A stretch of 64,000 bases of DNA, taken from the NCBI GenBank assembly GCA_965242525.1, contig OZ251459.1:1088001-1152000 (forward strand), given 5' to 3'. Made by a program: the position numbers and the translations under genes. The notes under the pieces were generated by a model that saw only the letters and a list, made by a program, of their open reading frames with translations, searched no databases and was not told where the DNA came from. The stretch's first letter is position 1. Each line of letters starts with the position of its first letter. This DNA comes from an uncultured Candidatus Binatia bacterium. Its GTDB lineage: Bacteria; Desulfobacterota; Binatia; UBA9968; JAJDTQ01. Below are positions 1 to 9,187 of this stretch, piece after piece.

Positions 1-1557
1 GGCTTCCATGTCGGGGAAGCGTACCAGGACGCTTCCGGCCAGATAGTAGTGCGCCCATGTGATCTCCGGGGACCATTCCGGATTCATGGACTCGAGGACC
101 AGGACCGCCTTTCCCCGGGTGGTTTCGCGGATGGCCCCGAGTTCGGCCATGGCGGTCCGTTGGGTCTCGGCCGCATGGGCGTCGAGGCCCCATCGTTGAT
201 CCATCCGGAAGGTGGAGGCCGCGAAGGCGAGCAGGGCCGCGGCGGCAAGGCCGATTACCGGACGAGCCCCCCATCGTTCGCGAACGTACAGCAGGAGCAG
301 CGAGTAGAACACCAGCGGGACGCCCACGTAGAACAATGCCTCGTGGTTGTGGTGTACGGAATTGTTGCGCATGGGCAGGGCCCAGCAGAACCCGGACAGG
401 GCGAGGGCGGCCATCAGGAGGCATTGCCGCCCTGGCAACAGCGGCCCCGCAAGGCGAACGAGGGCTGCGGCCGCTCCCACGACCGTCAGCAACGCCAGGA
501 GGTAAATCGACAACGTCAGCCCCGACATCCCGGGGCCCAGGAAACCCGGGGCCAAAGGGGAAAGGTGGAGAAACCACCCCGCCATGTCGGCTGCCCGATC
601 GGTGAGCAGGAAGGGAACGGAGGCCACGCAGACGCGAAAGAACTGCTGGCGCAGGAAGCGCACCCACCACTCCACGGCGAAGCTCCGGTCCAGTCCCATG
701 TGCCTGAGCACGGACTGGAACGACGGCAGTTCGGTCACCGGGGTCTCGCCTCCGAAGGCGGCGTACTCGTTGGCGAAGTTGAAGGTGAGGAGGGCCGCGC
801 CGAAGAGCAGCGAGGCCAGGCCCAGGGCGGTGTAGCGGCTGCGCAGCACTGCGGCTGCGGCGGAGCGCGCACGGGACCGGAAAGCCGTTCCCTGCTTCCA
901 GGCCCGGAGGGCTTCCCGGGCCAGCCCCAGGAGGATGAAGGGAAGCAGGAAAGCGTACACGTGCCAACCCAGGAGCAGGGCGACGCCGGTCTTGGCGAGC
1001 AACTGGGGGAAGCGTCCTTCCTGTACGAATACGGCCATGCCGTGGAAGGCCAGCATGACCGCGAACAGGTCCACGCTGCCCTCGGTGGTGACCGCGTCGC
1101 CGTAGAACAGCATGTAGTAGGAAGAGAAGGCCATGAGGGTGGCGGCCAGTGCGATCCAGGGGCGGGAGGTGATGCGCGCGAGGGAGTGGAAAGCGAGGAC
1201 CGCGGCGGCGCTGAACAGGAGGAGCATGAGGATTCGTGCGGTGAGGATCTTTGCGGAGAGGTCGTTTCCGAAGGGGAGGATGGCGAGTTTGAGGAGTGCG
1301 TAACCGCCGACGGGAAAGCGGCTGTACATGTCGTAGGTCGGGGAGCCGCTTGATCCCTGGTGCCGCGCCCGGAACAACCGGAAACCGTGGTCGGGGGACA
1401 GGTTCTCGGCGATGGCCAGGTTCTTCGCGGAAACGTGGGCATGGTGGCCGGGGCGGTAGATGTGTCCCTCGTCCACCACGTACAGGAACGACGTGGACAG
1501 CGCGATCAGCAGCAACAGCAGGGGCAGGCGTCGGGGCCGGAAATCCGGGGGCGTCAT
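1..1557 (-). CDS. Multi-pass membrane protein, GT-C/ArnT-like architecture (3' end outside window); paralog of 62191-64000
   Basis: Read by hand on the - strand from ATG 1557: MTPPDFRPRRLPLLLLLIALST...YSRFPVGGYALLKLAILPFGNDLSAKILTARILMLLLFSAAAVLAF...LLLGWHVYAFLLPF...NFANEY; open to position 1. Nearly the same motifs occur in the 62191-63936 ORF. The GT-C assignment is inference. Confidence 0.75.
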   Translation of the reverse strand, partial: MTPPDFRPRRLPLLLLLIALSTSFLYVVDEGHIYRPGHHAHVSAKNLAIAENLSPDHGFRLFRARHQGSSGSPTYDMYSRFPVGGYALLKLAILPFGNDLSAKILTARILMLLLFSAAAVLAFHSLARITSRPWIALAATLMAFSSYYMLFYGDAVTTEGSVDLFAVMLAFHGMAVFVQEGRFPQLLAKTGVALLLGWHVYAFLLPFILLGLAREALRAWKQGTAFRSRARSAAAAVLRSRYTALGLASLLFGAALLTFNFANEYAAFGGETPVTELPSFQSVLRHMGLDRSFAVEWWVRFLRQQFFRVCVASVPFLLTDRAADMAGWFLHLSPLAPGFLGPGMSGLTLSIYLLALLTVVGAAAALVRLAGPLLPGRQCLLMAALALSGFCWALPMRNNSVHHNHEALFYVGVPLVFYSLLLLYVRERWGARPVIGLAAAALLAFAASTFRMDQRWGLDAHAAETQRTAMAELGAIRETTRGKAVLVLESMNPEWSPEITWAHYYLAGSVLVRFPDMEA

Positions 1558-1789
1558 GGCATGTATCAGATTCGAAGGCCTCCGCCGGATCATACAACCT
1601 GACGGCCTGTTTGGACAAACTCCCAACGGGAGTCCGAAAGGGCGTGACCCCTCTCTCCTCCAGCGGCATTGCCGAATTGGAATATGCGGGGAGACGGCGC
1701 GCGCGTTCCATCGGAAGCCCGCGGGAACGGTTTGACAACGTCTCCCGGGCGGGCTAATCACGGTGCCAGCAACGAAGGGAAAACCGACC

Positions 1790-2536
1790 ATGACGCTCGA
1801 GGGAAACGTCGCTGTCGTCACCGGGGCAGGGCAGGGGTTGGGCCGGGCCATTACCTTGGTGCTGGCGCGGGCCGGAGCGGCGGTGGCGGCGGCGGACGTG
1901 AACCCGGAGGCGGCCGAAGGCGTCGCCGGGGAAGTCGCGCGGGCCGGGGGAGAGGCACTGGCGGTCCGGGTGGACGTGGCGGACGAGGGTTCGGTCAACG
2001 CCCTGCGGGACCGGGTCCTGGGCCGTTGGGACCGGGTGGACATACTGGTCAACAACGCCGGCCTGTATCCCCACTCCCTGGTGGTGGACATGTCCGAGGA
2101 GGCCTGGGACCGGGTCCTCGACGTGAATGTCGGCGGCCAGTTCCTGTGCGCCCGGGCGTTCGCGCCGGTGATGAAGCGCCAGGGCCGCGGACGCATCATC
2201 TGCACGGCGTCGGCCATCGGCTACAAGGGCGCAGCCGGCTTCGCCCACTACGCCAGCTCCAAGGCCGCGGTGCTGGGGTTCGTGCGCGGGTTGGCGCAGG
2301 AACTGGCGCCCCACGGGATCACCGTGAACTCCCTGGCTCCGGGCACCGCCAACACCGCCATGCCTCGACAGCACCGCTCGGAGGAGTCGCTGCAGGAGCG
2401 GGGCGCCAAGGTCCCCCTCGGGCGCATCGCCGAGCCCGGCGACATCGCCAACGCGGTGGTCTTCCTCGCCGGCGACGCGGCCTCCTACGTCACCGGCCAG
2501 TCGGTCCTGCTCACCGGCGGGGACCTGATGGTGTGA
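1790..2536 (+). CDS. SDR family oxidoreductase (FabG-like)
   Basis: TGAGQGLG, NNAG and YASSK motifs. Confidence 0.93.
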   Translation: MTLEGNVAVVTGAGQGLGRAITLVLARAGAAVAAADVNPEAAEGVAGEVARAGGEALAVRVDVADEGSVNALRDRVLGRWDRVDILVNNAGLYPHSLVVDMSEEAWDRVLDVNVGGQFLCARAFAPVMKRQGRGRIICTASAIGYKGAAGFAHYASSKAAVLGFVRGLAQELAPHGITVNSLAPGTANTAMPRQHRSEESLQERGAKVPLGRIAEPGDIANAVVFLAGDAASYVTGQSVLLTGGDLMV

Positions 2537-2561
2537 GTCAACCCCGGGAAGGAACGCCCCC

Positions 2562-3713
2562 ATGCTGCGAAAGAAGGTCTGCCTCGTGGGCTACGGCTCC
2601 ACGGAATACTCGCGGAAGTCCGACCGGCCGCTGCTGTCCTATTATGCCGAGGCCATGCAGAACGCCATGGCCCAGACCGGCCTCACCAAGAAGGAGATCC
2701 ACGGCTTCTCCATGGTGACCCAGGCGAGCCCCGACTATTCCCCCTACGTGGCGGAGCAGTTGGGCCTGGAGCTGGACTGGGTGCTCAATGGCGACTGCGG
2801 CGGCGCGGGCGCGGTGTGCGCCGTGCGGCGGGCCGCGGACGCCATCGAGGCGGGGTACCTGGACGTGGCGTTCATCGTGGCGGGCAACGCCTTCGACAAG
2901 AACGTGTCCCACCAGCGGGTGCTGGAGTACCAGCGGGCCAACTTCATCGACGTCTATGGCTACGGCGGTCCCAACACGCTGTTCGCCCTGGTGCAGCGCC
3001 GCCACATGGAACAGTACGGCACCACGCTGGAGCAGGTCGGCAAGATCGCCGCGAGCCAGCGGCAGAACGCCGTGCCCAACCCCCAGGCGCTGCTGCGGAC
3101 GCCCATGAGCATCGAGGACTACCTGAACTCGCGGCTCATCTCCGACCCCATCCGGCTCTTCGACTGCGTGATGCCGTGCTCCGGCGGCGAGTGCGTGGTG
3201 GTGGCATCGGAGGAGCGCGCAAGGCAGATCACCGACAAGCCCGTCTATCTGGTGACGGACGCCGAGAAGATCGGCTTCCAGGCGTCCAACATGCTGCCGG
3301 ACAAGACCACCACGGGCATGAGCGTGGTGGGAGAGCATCTGTTCTCGGAGATGAGCCGGGACAACATCGACGTGCTGGCCATCTACGACGACTATCCCAT
3401 CGCCGTCATGATGCAGCTCGAGGACCTGGGCTACTGCGCCAAGGGCCACGGGGGCCGGTTCGTGGACGACCACGACCTCACCTACGGCGGCGACTTCCCG
3501 GTGAACACCGGCGGCGGCGAGCTGTCGGTGGGGCAGGCGGGGCTGGCCGGGGGCATGCTGCACGTGGTGGAGGCCCTGCGGCAGTTGCGCGGCGAGGCCG
3601 GGGAACGGCAGGTCAAGGCGGCCGAGACCGCCCTGGTCACCGGCATCGGCTGGTTGTCCTACGCGAGGAACCTCAATACCACGGCCGCGATGATCCTGGA
3701 GAGGAGGTCCTGA
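2562..3713 (+). CDS. Thiolase-family (SCP-x/lipid-transfer-like) protein
   Basis: IYDDYP...NTGGGELSVG and ALRQLRGEAGERQV motifs; paired with a DUF35 gene. Confidence 0.9.
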   Translation: MLRKKVCLVGYGSTEYSRKSDRPLLSYYAEAMQNAMAQTGLTKKEIHGFSMVTQASPDYSPYVAEQLGLELDWVLNGDCGGAGAVCAVRRAADAIEAGYLDVAFIVAGNAFDKNVSHQRVLEYQRANFIDVYGYGGPNTLFALVQRRHMEQYGTTLEQVGKIAASQRQNAVPNPQALLRTPMSIEDYLNSRLISDPIRLFDCVMPCSGGECVVVASEERARQITDKPVYLVTDAEKIGFQASNMLPDKTTTGMSVVGEHLFSEMSRDNIDVLAIYDDYPIAVMMQLEDLGYCAKGHGGRFVDDHDLTYGGDFPVNTGGGELSVGQAGLAGGMLHVVEALRQLRGEAGERQVKAAETALVTGIGWLSYARNLNTTAAMILERRS

Positions 3714-4117
3714 TGGCCGGCAAGAGTCTTCCCGTCGTCAACCCCATCGACCGCGGGTTCTGGGAGGGGGCCGCCGCGGGAGAACTGCGGCTCCAGAAGT
3801 GCCGGGCCTGCGGCAGGGTCCAGTTCTTCCCCCGGGCCGTCTGCACCGGTTGCCTCGGCAGCGACCTGGAGTGGGTGGCCGCCAGCGGCAGGGGAAAGGT
3901 CCATACCTTCTCGCTGGTGAGGGTGCCCCGGAACCGGGCGTTCATGGACGAGGTGCCCATCTACTTCGCCGAGGTGGAGCTGGAGGAAGGCGTGCGCATG
4001 GCCACGCGCATCGTGGGGGACAACCGCGACCAGGTGGCCCTGGGCGCTCCGGTGACCCTCACGTTCCTGGACACCGAGGACCCCCAGGTGAAACTGCCGG
4101 TGTTCGAGTTGGCCTGA
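3713..4117 (+). CDS. DUF35 Zn-ribbon/OB-fold protein
   Basis: MAGKSLP..FWEGAAAGELRLQKCRACG...PRAVCTGC; TGATG overlap with the thiolase stop. Confidence 0.92.
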   Translation: MAGKSLPVVNPIDRGFWEGAAAGELRLQKCRACGRVQFFPRAVCTGCLGSDLEWVAASGRGKVHTFSLVRVPRNRAFMDEVPIYFAEVELEEGVRMATRIVGDNRDQVALGAPVTLTFLDTEDPQVKLPVFELA

Positions 4118-4144
4118 CCGGTCCTCCGGGCCGGCGCGCGTCCC

Positions 4145-4402
4145 ATGGCTACCGTCGAGATCTACCTCAAGGCGTGGTGTCCGTACTGCCGGATGGCCAA
4201 GCGGCTGCTGGAAGGGAAGGGGCAGACGTTCACCGAGTTCGACGTGGAGGCGGACCCCGAGCGCTACCGGGAGATGCTGGACCGGTCGGACGGGCGATGG
4301 ACCGTGCCGGAGATTTTCATCGACGGCGACCTCATCGGAGGCTACGACGAGTTGCGGGCCATGGACTCGGACGGCCGACTCGACCAACGCCTCGAGTCCT
4401 GA
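4145..4402 (+). CDS. grxC: Glutaredoxin 3
   Basis: CPYC active site, TVPEIFI and GGYDEL. Confidence 0.93.
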   Translation: MATVEIYLKAWCPYCRMAKRLLEGKGQTFTEFDVEADPERYREMLDRSDGRWTVPEIFIDGDLIGGYDELRAMDSDGRLDQRLES

Positions 4403-4544
4403 GGAACCGCCGAACGACCCCCCCTCCTTGTTCGTCCTGAGCGTAGCAATTCCCCCGTTCGTCCTGAGCGTAGCGAAGCGAAGTCGAAGGACGCGCTTTC
4501 CCATAGGGGAGAGGCGCATCGAGCCGCAATTGTCCAGAGGTTCC
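4403..4544. mobile_element. MITE (family A) containing CGTC-type REP hairpins
   Basis: Termini GGAACCGCCGAACGA / TTGTCCAGAGGTTCC; CTGA on both sides (4399-4402, 4545-4548); internal CCGTTCGTCCTGAGCGTAGCGAAGCGAAGTCGAAGGACG. Confidence 0.7.
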
Positions 4545-4550
4545 CTGAGA

Positions 4551-6059
4551 CTACTCCCCGCGGTGGATGAAGTCCGCCACCCGCTCCCCGATCATCATGC
4601 AGGTCACGTTGGTGTTGGCGTGGGTCACGGTGGGCATGATGGAGGCGTCCGCCACCCGCAGGTTGTCGATGCCGTGGACCCGCAGGCGTTCGTCCACCAC
4701 GGTCATGGGGTCGGAGGCGGGTCCCATGAGGCAGGTCCCCGCGGCGTGGTGGTAGCTGTCGAACGCGGTGCGCGCGAACCTGGCCCAGTCGTCGCCCCGG
4801 CGGGGCTGGATGGGCGGTCCGTAGTATTCGGGCATGTCCCCCGTCCGGGTCAGCAGGTCCAGGAACTCCATGGTGGCCGCCATGGCCGCGATGTCCCCCG
4901 GGTGCTCCAGCATGCGGGCGTCCACCCCCGGAAGCTCGTGGGGGTCCGCGCTCTGGAGGAACACCCGGCCGCGGTTGCGCTGCTCCAGCAGCGCCGCGGA
5001 GACGTTCAGGATCCGCCCGACGCCGTCCAGCACCGTCGGGGGCCGCATGAAGACATGGAAATCGCCGGTCTCCCGTGACGGGTCGCTCCGGGTCACCAGC
5101 CGGAAGGGCGGCACCACCCAGTCCACCTCGAAGGCGCCGCGGCCCTCGAAGCCCATGTGCAGCATGGCGTGGTCCTGGTAGTTCTCGCCCACGCCGGGGC
5201 GGTCGTGGAGCACCTCGATGCCGTGCCGCCGCAACTCCGGGGCCGGGCCGATGCCCGACAGCATCATGACGTGGGGGCTGTGGAAGGCCCCCGCGGTGAG
5301 CACCACCTCGGCCCCCTGCGCGGTCTCGCGCCGGCCGTTCCGCTCGTAGTTCACACCGGTGACGCGGTTCCCCGACAAAGACAGGGACGTCACCGGGGCG
5401 TCGGCCGCCACCGTGAGGTTGGGCCGGCCCCGGGCGGCGTCGAGGTAGGCCACGGTGGTGGACTGCCGCATGCCGTCCCTGACGTTGAAGGGCGAGGTGC
5501 AGACCCCCCACGGGTTCGGGTCGTTCAGGTCGCCTTCCGGCAGTCCGAGGCTCCGGGCCGCGTCCATGAAAGCCTGCACCGGCCGCACCGCCTCCTGGCC
5601 GAAACGGTAGGGGCGCCGGAAGTACAGGGGGCCGCCGTGGCCGTGGTCGGGGCTGTCGGGATGGTCCCGGTCGTCCTCCAGTCGCTTCAGGAAAGGCAGC
5701 ACATGCTCCCACGCCCACCCGGGGTTCCCGGCCGCGGCCCACGCGTCCATGTCGGCCCTGATGGGCCGGATGACCGACATCACGTTGACCGAGGAGCCGC
5801 CCCCCATGATCTTGCCGGCCAGGGAATAGAAGACGCTCCCGTCCAACCCGCGCCTGGTGGGGTACATGTTGACGTAGGGGGTCTCCAGCAGCAGCCGCTC
5901 CCGTTTGGACGCCTCCGCCACCACGTCGGGGATGGGCCGCGGGTCCGGCCCCGCTTCCAGCAGCAGCACTTTGCGCTTCGGGTCCTCGGAAAGCCGCGCC
6001 GCGGCCGCGCAGCCCGCGGAGCCGCCTCCCACCAGGATCACGTCGTAACCGTTCGCCAT
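4551..6059 (-). CDS. GMC family oxidoreductase (choline dehydrogenase-like)
   Basis: GGGSAG FAD motif, GKIMGGGSSVN, GVGENYQDH, LRVADASIMP...NTN. Confidence 0.93.
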   Translation of the reverse strand: MANGYDVILVGGGSAGCAAAARLSEDPKRKVLLLEAGPDPRPIPDVVAEASKRERLLLETPYVNMYPTRRGLDGSVFYSLAGKIMGGGSSVNVMSVIRPIRADMDAWAAAGNPGWAWEHVLPFLKRLEDDRDHPDSPDHGHGGPLYFRRPYRFGQEAVRPVQAFMDAARSLGLPEGDLNDPNPWGVCTSPFNVRDGMRQSTTVAYLDAARGRPNLTVAADAPVTSLSLSGNRVTGVNYERNGRRETAQGAEVVLTAGAFHSPHVMMLSGIGPAPELRRHGIEVLHDRPGVGENYQDHAMLHMGFEGRGAFEVDWVVPPFRLVTRSDPSRETGDFHVFMRPPTVLDGVGRILNVSAALLEQRNRGRVFLQSADPHELPGVDARMLEHPGDIAAMAATMEFLDLLTRTGDMPEYYGPPIQPRRGDDWARFARTAFDSYHHAAGTCLMGPASDPMTVVDERLRVHGIDNLRVADASIMPTVTHANTNVTCMMIGERVADFIHRGE

Positions 6060-6199
6060 GGAATCCCCTTGCGTGGTTTCGATGCTGCGTACCCATACCA
6101 AGCCCGGCGGCGCCGTTCAAGAACGCCCGCATGCAGACCGGAAGACGAGGGCAGGGCGAGGGCGGGATGTGGGGACTGCATACGATGGGGGCCGGGCAG

Positions 6200-6344
6200 A
6201 AGCGGTTCGACGACGTTGATGAACGTCGGGAGCGGGCTCTCCTTCCGAAAGGGAGCCCGCTTTTCTTTGACCGATCCGACCGAGGCAAGCCCATGTCGAA
6301 ACAACCTTCAGGGATCATCTCCGGCTACCACGCCCACGTCTATT
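6200..6344 (+). repeat. 145-bp direct repeat, copy 1 (terminator plus first ~17 codons of the dioxygenase gene)
   Basis: Matches 9492-9636 with about 6 mismatches counted by eye. Confidence 0.92.
6231..6268 (+). terminator. Intrinsic terminator-like hairpin (duplicated copy)
   Basis: AGCGGGCTCTC-loop-GGGAGCCCGCT followed by TTTCTTT. Confidence 0.7.
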
Positions 6345-6485
6345 CTCCCCTTGACACGCGCCGGGATTTGTGTGTAGATGCTTCCGGCAAGCTCAGGTCG
6401 GTTGACGTAACCCGACCGGAACCCATGGCAGGTTCGAAGATCACTCCCGCACAAGACCGTACGGCTCTCCACGAGAGGCAACCTG

Positions 6486-6509
6486 CCCCCCCCCCCCCCC
6501 CCCCCCCCC
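6486..6509 (+). repeat. Poly-C homopolymer (~24 C) upstream of the adhesin gene
   Basis: Read directly from the sequence. Confidence 0.95.
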
Positions 6510-6865
6510 GATTTTCCGGAAACCTCCTAACCGTTCGATTTGCAAGGGGTTTTTTTACCCTTTCCCCTCTTATCCATCTGCCGGGCCGCTCCTTTCCGGC
6601 CCTTGTCCTGCTCCGTTCCGAACCCGGACTCCGTCCGACCTCGGGTTCCGCGCCCCGGTCCCGGCCCCAAACCCGGGCCGGACCTCTGTATTCCATTCTC
6701 AAGGGCGCCTTTCGCAACAACATACGATGGCGGTGACGCCATGAACGAAATCGGGAGGCGTCACCGTTCACCGGAACCGGAAAATCGTCGTTGGCAGTAA
6801 CGGAAAGAGACCCGCTTCATGCAGAGGTCTCGAACAAACCCAGGTATTCCGAAAAGGAGGAAACC

Positions 6866-8854
6866 ATGCATTCTGAACCCATGACGAATGATTCCGACCG
6901 CGTAGCCCCTGACCGCCGCATCCACCTCCCAAGTCCAACCCCCGTGCGGCCTCGCCGGCGCATTGCCGCGGGTGTCCTGTCCGTCCTGCTCGGCCTCTCC
7001 TGCTTCGCCGCCTCTCCGGCCTGGGCGGTCAAGCTCGGAGAAGGCGCCAATGACACGCCCTTCGTCCAGGAATACGACAACGTCGCCGCCTACATTAGCA
7101 GTCCTCCGGATGAGGCCGATCGCCTCACTTTTGTCAAGATCAGACATTTACGCACAGGCACGCTATACACCCTCAAGCACGTGGACCTGAAAGCGTTCGA
7201 TAAGGACAACACCCTGGACGAAAACACCCTGATCGAGAAGTATCCTACTTATCAGGCCTATGTTAGGGACGCCAAGAACACCACCCGACTCTATGCCTAC
7301 ATTCGGCACGCGGTGGACGGGGTGTACCGTGTGTACCGTGTCGCCGAGATCGAACAAGCGCGTAGGGATGCCCTCCCGGGCCAGTCCATACTAGCCCTTG
7401 TAGCCCCTGTAGAGGAGACCCCCGGGCGCAATACGGCCATCGGCGATGGCGCCAGCGCAACAGAGTACAGGGCCATCGCCATCGGCAATGATGCCAGCGC
7501 AACGAGCCGCGGCGCCGTCGCCATCGGTCTGCTGTCCCGGGCATCCGGTCGGAAGTCCATTGCCATAGGCGCAGACGCCAACGCCGATGCCGGGATTGCA
7601 ATGGGAAGGAACGCCCGAGCCCATGGTGGCATCGCCTTGGGCCGGTTCGCTAAAGCTGTTGGCGGTGTGTCGTTGGGCAACGGTGCTAACGCAGTCGGTG
7701 GCACGGCAGTGGGAGGCGGTTCCTGGGCAACCGGTCTCCACGGTAGTACAGCCATCGGCGGCGGCAGCAACGCCGCCGGCGAACGGAGCACCGCCCTCGG
7801 TTCGATCGCCAAGGCCGGCGGCTCGCACAGCACCGCCGTGGGCGAGGCCTCCGAGGCTCAAGGTAGCCACGCTGTCGCTGTCGGGAAAAACGCGATAGCC
7901 GGCATGAGGGTAGGAAAGAGGTACAACAACGCGGCTGATTATCTGAAAGACAGGACGACCTGGACCAGCACCACCCATACCCATGTTCGGATCGGGAACA
8001 AGGTCTATAAGGTCACCACGCTGGATGCGTTCTCAGGTCTCACCGACGACAAGCGCCCTCGCGCGACGACAGTCAACCCAGGCGGCGTCGCCGTGGGCGT
8101 AAACGCTCGGGCTACGGGCATGAACAGTATCGCCCTGGGCCGGGGCGCGTCCGCTACCGGGAACAAGGGCATCGCCATCGGTTCGGGAGTCTCGGCCGGA
8201 CAGAACAAGGTGGTCATCGGCACCGATGACCATACCTACGAGTTGCCGGGCTTGGCCAAGCACACTTCAGGGACCCGGGTGGTGATCGTGGACAAGGAGG
8301 GGAGGCTTTCCACACAGGCCGCAACCTCTTCCCCTGCTTCCCCTTCCCGGAGCGCCTCCCTGCGGGGCGCCGCAGTGCTTTCCTCCGAAGTGACCTCCCT
8401 GAACCGGGACCTCGGGACCCGGACGGACGCTTCCGACTACGAGAAGGCCCCGGCCATCGGTTCGGGTCCCGAGGCGCCGGAAACCGCAGAACAGCGGCGG
8501 GTGGTGGTGCAGGACACCAACCGGGACGGCTCGGTGCGCCTGCGCACCCTGGACTTCGGTGACCTGACGGGAATGGACCGGCGGTTGGCGGGAGTGGAGC
8601 AGCGAATGACGTCGCTCAGCGACCGGCTGAACAAGGCCACTGCCATGTCAGCGGCGTTGAGCGCGTTGCCCAACGTGGTGCCGGGGGACAACCGGTTCTT
8701 CCTCGGGGTGGGCGCGGGCCACTACAGCAGCGAGCAGGCTCTGGCCATCGGCATGAGCGCCCGGGTCGGGCGCCACGTGTTCGTGAACGCGGGAGCAGCC
8801 CTTGCCAGCGGCGACGATGCGAGCGTTCGCGGCGGCGTGGGCGTAGTCTGGTAA
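6866..8854 (+). CDS. Trimeric autotransporter adhesin (YadA/Hia-like head repeats and C-terminal anchor)
   Basis: AGGAGG RBS; signal peptide (…GLSCFAASPAWA); many (N/S)TAIGxxAxA head repeats; anchor ATAMSAALSALP…GVGAGHYSSEQALAIG…VRGGVGVVW. Confidence 0.92.
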   Translation: MHSEPMTNDSDRVAPDRRIHLPSPTPVRPRRRIAAGVLSVLLGLSCFAASPAWAVKLGEGANDTPFVQEYDNVAAYISSPPDEADRLTFVKIRHLRTGTLYTLKHVDLKAFDKDNTLDENTLIEKYPTYQAYVRDAKNTTRLYAYIRHAVDGVYRVYRVAEIEQARRDALPGQSILALVAPVEETPGRNTAIGDGASATEYRAIAIGNDASATSRGAVAIGLLSRASGRKSIAIGADANADAGIAMGRNARAHGGIALGRFAKAVGGVSLGNGANAVGGTAVGGGSWATGLHGSTAIGGGSNAAGERSTALGSIAKAGGSHSTAVGEASEAQGSHAVAVGKNAIAGMRVGKRYNNAADYLKDRTTWTSTTHTHVRIGNKVYKVTTLDAFSGLTDDKRPRATTVNPGGVAVGVNARATGMNSIALGRGASATGNKGIAIGSGVSAGQNKVVIGTDDHTYELPGLAKHTSGTRVVIVDKEGRLSTQAATSSPASPSRSASLRGAAVLSSEVTSLNRDLGTRTDASDYEKAPAIGSGPEAPETAEQRRVVVQDTNRDGSVRLRTLDFGDLTGMDRRLAGVEQRMTSLSDRLNKATAMSAALSALPNVVPGDNRFFLGVGAGHYSSEQALAIGMSARVGRHVFVNAGAALASGDDASVRGGVGVVW

Positions 8855-8934
8855 CTCCCCGACCGGATGCTTGCGCGACAGACGGTTCGGCAACCCGCGA
8901 TGCCGCCCGCGGGCGCGGGAGTACTGCCCGGGAA

Positions 8935-9119
8935 CCTCCGGCGCTTCAGGGGGATGGTCGAGGACGACAACCTGGCGCGGGTGCCGGCGGATTTGCTGCC
9001 TCGGCTGCGACTCGTCCTTTCGGCGCTGGCTATTCGGCTGGAGCAACGCCGACTACTGGATGCGCTTTCAGGCGGCCTACGACCTCGCCCAAGCGCGGCT
9101 CAGGCAGGCAGCGGCCTGA
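8935..9119 (+). pseudogene. Collapsed higB/higA-like toxin-antitoxin remnant
   Basis: HigB-like N-terminal stretch (RRFRGMVEDDNLARVPADLLPRLRLVLSAL) joined to a HigA-like C-terminus (LAIRLE / GWSNADYWMRFQAAYDLAQAR) across a frameshift; recognised by motif resemblance. Confidence 0.6.
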
Positions 9120-9152
9120 CGCCCGCAATCGGGAAGGCCGGGATGGTTTTGC

Positions 9153-9181
9153 TTGACACGGGCTGACCGCGAGATTAGACT
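9153..9181 (+). promoter_or_regulatory. Sigma70-type promoter
   Basis: TTGACA (9153-9158), 17-nt spacer, TAGACT (9176-9181). Confidence 0.75.
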
Positions 9182-9187
9182 ATCTTT

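Noticed and set aside
49-1353. 434-aa + strand ORF
   Set aside because: Antisense shadow of the - strand membrane protein that the ORF track missed because it runs off the window.
6294-6344. Second dioxygenase gene (MSKQPSGIISGYHAHVY)
   Set aside because: Only ~17 codons, part of the 145-bp duplication; the rest of the 6131-6736 ORF is non-coding-like and runs through the poly-C tract.
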